Made by a program: the position numbers and the translations under genes | NCBI GenBank assembly: GCA_046350795.1 | Contig: JAXLZT010000002.1 | Span: 24,293-88,292 of the forward strand | Reading direction: 5' to 3' | Source: Minisyncoccota bacterium | GTDB taxonomy: Bacteria > Patescibacteriota > Minisyncoccia > Phycocordibacterales > CALRHW01 | Length of the DNA stretch: 64,000 nt | In this document: piece after piece, positions 62,601 to 64,000 of the stretch | How positions within the stretch are numbered: position 1 is the stretch's first letter | Layout of the letters: each line of letters opens with the position of its first letter | The notes under the pieces: generated by a model | What the model was told of the DNA's origin: nothing | The model's input: the letters and a program-made list of their open reading frames with translations, nothing else | The model's database searches: none

Positions 62601-64000
62601 ATGAAAGAAGAAAGAAATTTTACTTTTTCTGATGCTCTTTTTGGTTTACGTAAAATAATATCTTATGTAGCAGGATTTCGTAGGGAGTTTATAATTCTTT
62701 GTTCTCTAGCTTTTATCTCTGCTGTTGTAGATCCTCTTACTAGCTACTTTTTTTCAAGAATAATTTACGGCGTTACAAATCCGGGCTTGTTTTTCGGTAG
62801 TATTCCATATGCAATAGGTTTCTTTGTAATATGGTTCATATTTGCACTTGCGGCCATCTTGATTGAAAGAAAGGCTCAACTCCGAGGGAGAATAGTAGAT
62901 GAAAAAGCCAGAATAGAGTTTTTCTCCAAGACAAATGATTTTATATTACATTTGCCCATTTCTTTTCATAAGACTAAAAAATCAGGAGAAATTTGGGACA
63001 AAGTATTTCGCGCTGGTAATGCAATAAATGATCTTTTTTCTCAAGCCATAGTGCCTATAGCGCCTCAGCTTTTGTCTATTGTGATAATGCTCACTATATC
63101 TTTCTTTGTAAATTGGATTTTTGGTTTGATTTTTCTTGTTGGTGTTACGGTTTTTCTTATTGCCTTTAAAAGTTTTGCAATACCAAACGCTCATTTACAG
63201 AGAAAAATGCAAGAAACGTATTCTGTTGCTAGGGGTCATGCTACTGATGCCATATCAAACATCCGCGCTGTAAAAGACTTTACTGCTGAGGATTATGAGC
63301 ATGCAAAAAATGTTGACCTGTATAGAGAAAAGGGTCTTGCTGGCTGGATCAACTATATCACTCACGTTATAAGAACAAGTCTGGTGCAAAGAATGATTGT
63401 CTTTACTACTCGAGGTGTAACACTTTTGTTTTCTCTAATCCTGATTTTGAAAAATCAGATGAATCTAGCTGACATGGTTCTCCTCAATGCCTATGTTGGT
63501 AGTATTTTTAGTCCACTTCAACAGCTTGCTGGTAGTTGGCGGATGATTCAGAATGGCGTGATCGCTGTAGAAGATGTAGATGAAATCTTGGAGGAAAAAC
63601 CAGAAAACTATGCACCAAATAAAGATTTTAATAAGACTGAAATCGTAGGTGAGGTTGTTTTTGAAAATGTTTCTTTTGGATATCAAGAGGGACAAAATAC
63701 CTTAGAAGATGTGAGTTTTGTTGTAAAACCAGGAGAGGTGGTGGCTTTGGTGGGTGAATCTGGTGTGGGCAAGAGCACTCTGATGGACCTTATCTCTGCT
63801 TTTTATTTTCCAACATCTGGCTCTGTAAAAATAGATGGTTTGGATACTAGGATGTTTCCTCTTTCTTTTTTGCGTAGTCATATAGCGGTGGTGCCACAAG
63901 AGACGGTACTTTTTAACGATACGATATTTAATAATCTTCGTTACGGTAATTTTGAAGCCACAGAACATGAGGTGAAGGATGCTGCTCGCAAAGCCCATTG
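62601..64000 (+). CDS. ABC exporter, fused permease/ATPase; runs off the right edge
   Basis: TM domain followed by VFENVSFGY, GESGVGKST, VVPQETVLFNDTI. Confidence 0.9.
   Translation, partial: MKEERNFTFSDALFGLRKIISYVAGFRREFIILCSLAFISAVVDPLTSYFFSRIIYGVTNPGLFFGSIPYAIGFFVIWFIFALAAILIERKAQLRGRIVDEKARIEFFSKTNDFILHLPISFHKTKKSGEIWDKVFRAGNAINDLFSQAIVPIAPQLLSIVIMLTISFFVNWIFGLIFLVGVTVFLIAFKSFAIPNAHLQRKMQETYSVARGHATDAISNIRAVKDFTAEDYEHAKNVDLYREKGLAGWINYITHVIRTSLVQRMIVFTTRGVTLLFSLILILKNQMNLADMVLLNAYVGSIFSPLQQLAGSWRMIQNGVIAVEDVDEILEEKPENYAPNKDFNKTEIVGEVVFENVSFGYQEGQNTLEDVSFVVKPGEVVALVGESGVGKSTLMDLISAFYFPTSGSVKIDGLDTRMFPLSFLRSHIAVVPQETVLFNDTIFNNLRYGNFEATEHEVKDAARKAH

Noticed and set aside
1-64000. Alternative genetic code (UGA=Gly, as in Gracilibacteria/Absconditabacteria)
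   Set aside because: Long genes are intact under code 11, and TGA ends plausible genes (7737, 58170).

Overview
A 64-kb bacterial chromosome segment whose gene content, sparse Shine-Dalgarno signals and ATST/ATSS-rich surface proteins suggest Patescibacteria/CPR (Parcubacteria-like); this assignment is an inference. The first ~13.6 kb looks GC-richer and island-like. It holds a divergent hypothetical gene, a type III restriction-modification pair preceded by a ~200-nt highly structured leader (nested helices, a 22-bp pseudoknot, and an alternative helix hiding the start codon), a membrane-anchored NirK with a Gln axial ligand, and a cobalamin capture-and-use module (ECF S-component-like gene, nrdJ, btuR, cobalamin riboswitch, two transcobalamin-like surface proteins, ArsR regulator with two matching operators). 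Recombinase/att-like scars and small cassette-like genes follow. The AT-richer remainder holds housekeeping genes (valS, ABC-F, pseudouridine synthase, DEAD-box helicase) and many surface systems: an active/inactive M14 peptidase pair, two membrane-anchored cohesin proteins with a dockerin-tipped repeat fibre, a divergent operon coupling a KR-type Tat signal protein and a tail-fibre-like protein to its own tatC-tatA, and a secreted RHS protein with an RNase tip and barstar-like immunity gene. Also present are a twice-repeated covarying structured element, speD-like and deoxyhypusine-synthase-like genes, and a PRMT-like methyltransferase. No rRNA, intact tRNA or CRISPR array was seen. All family calls come from motif recognition by eye; no database searches were run.
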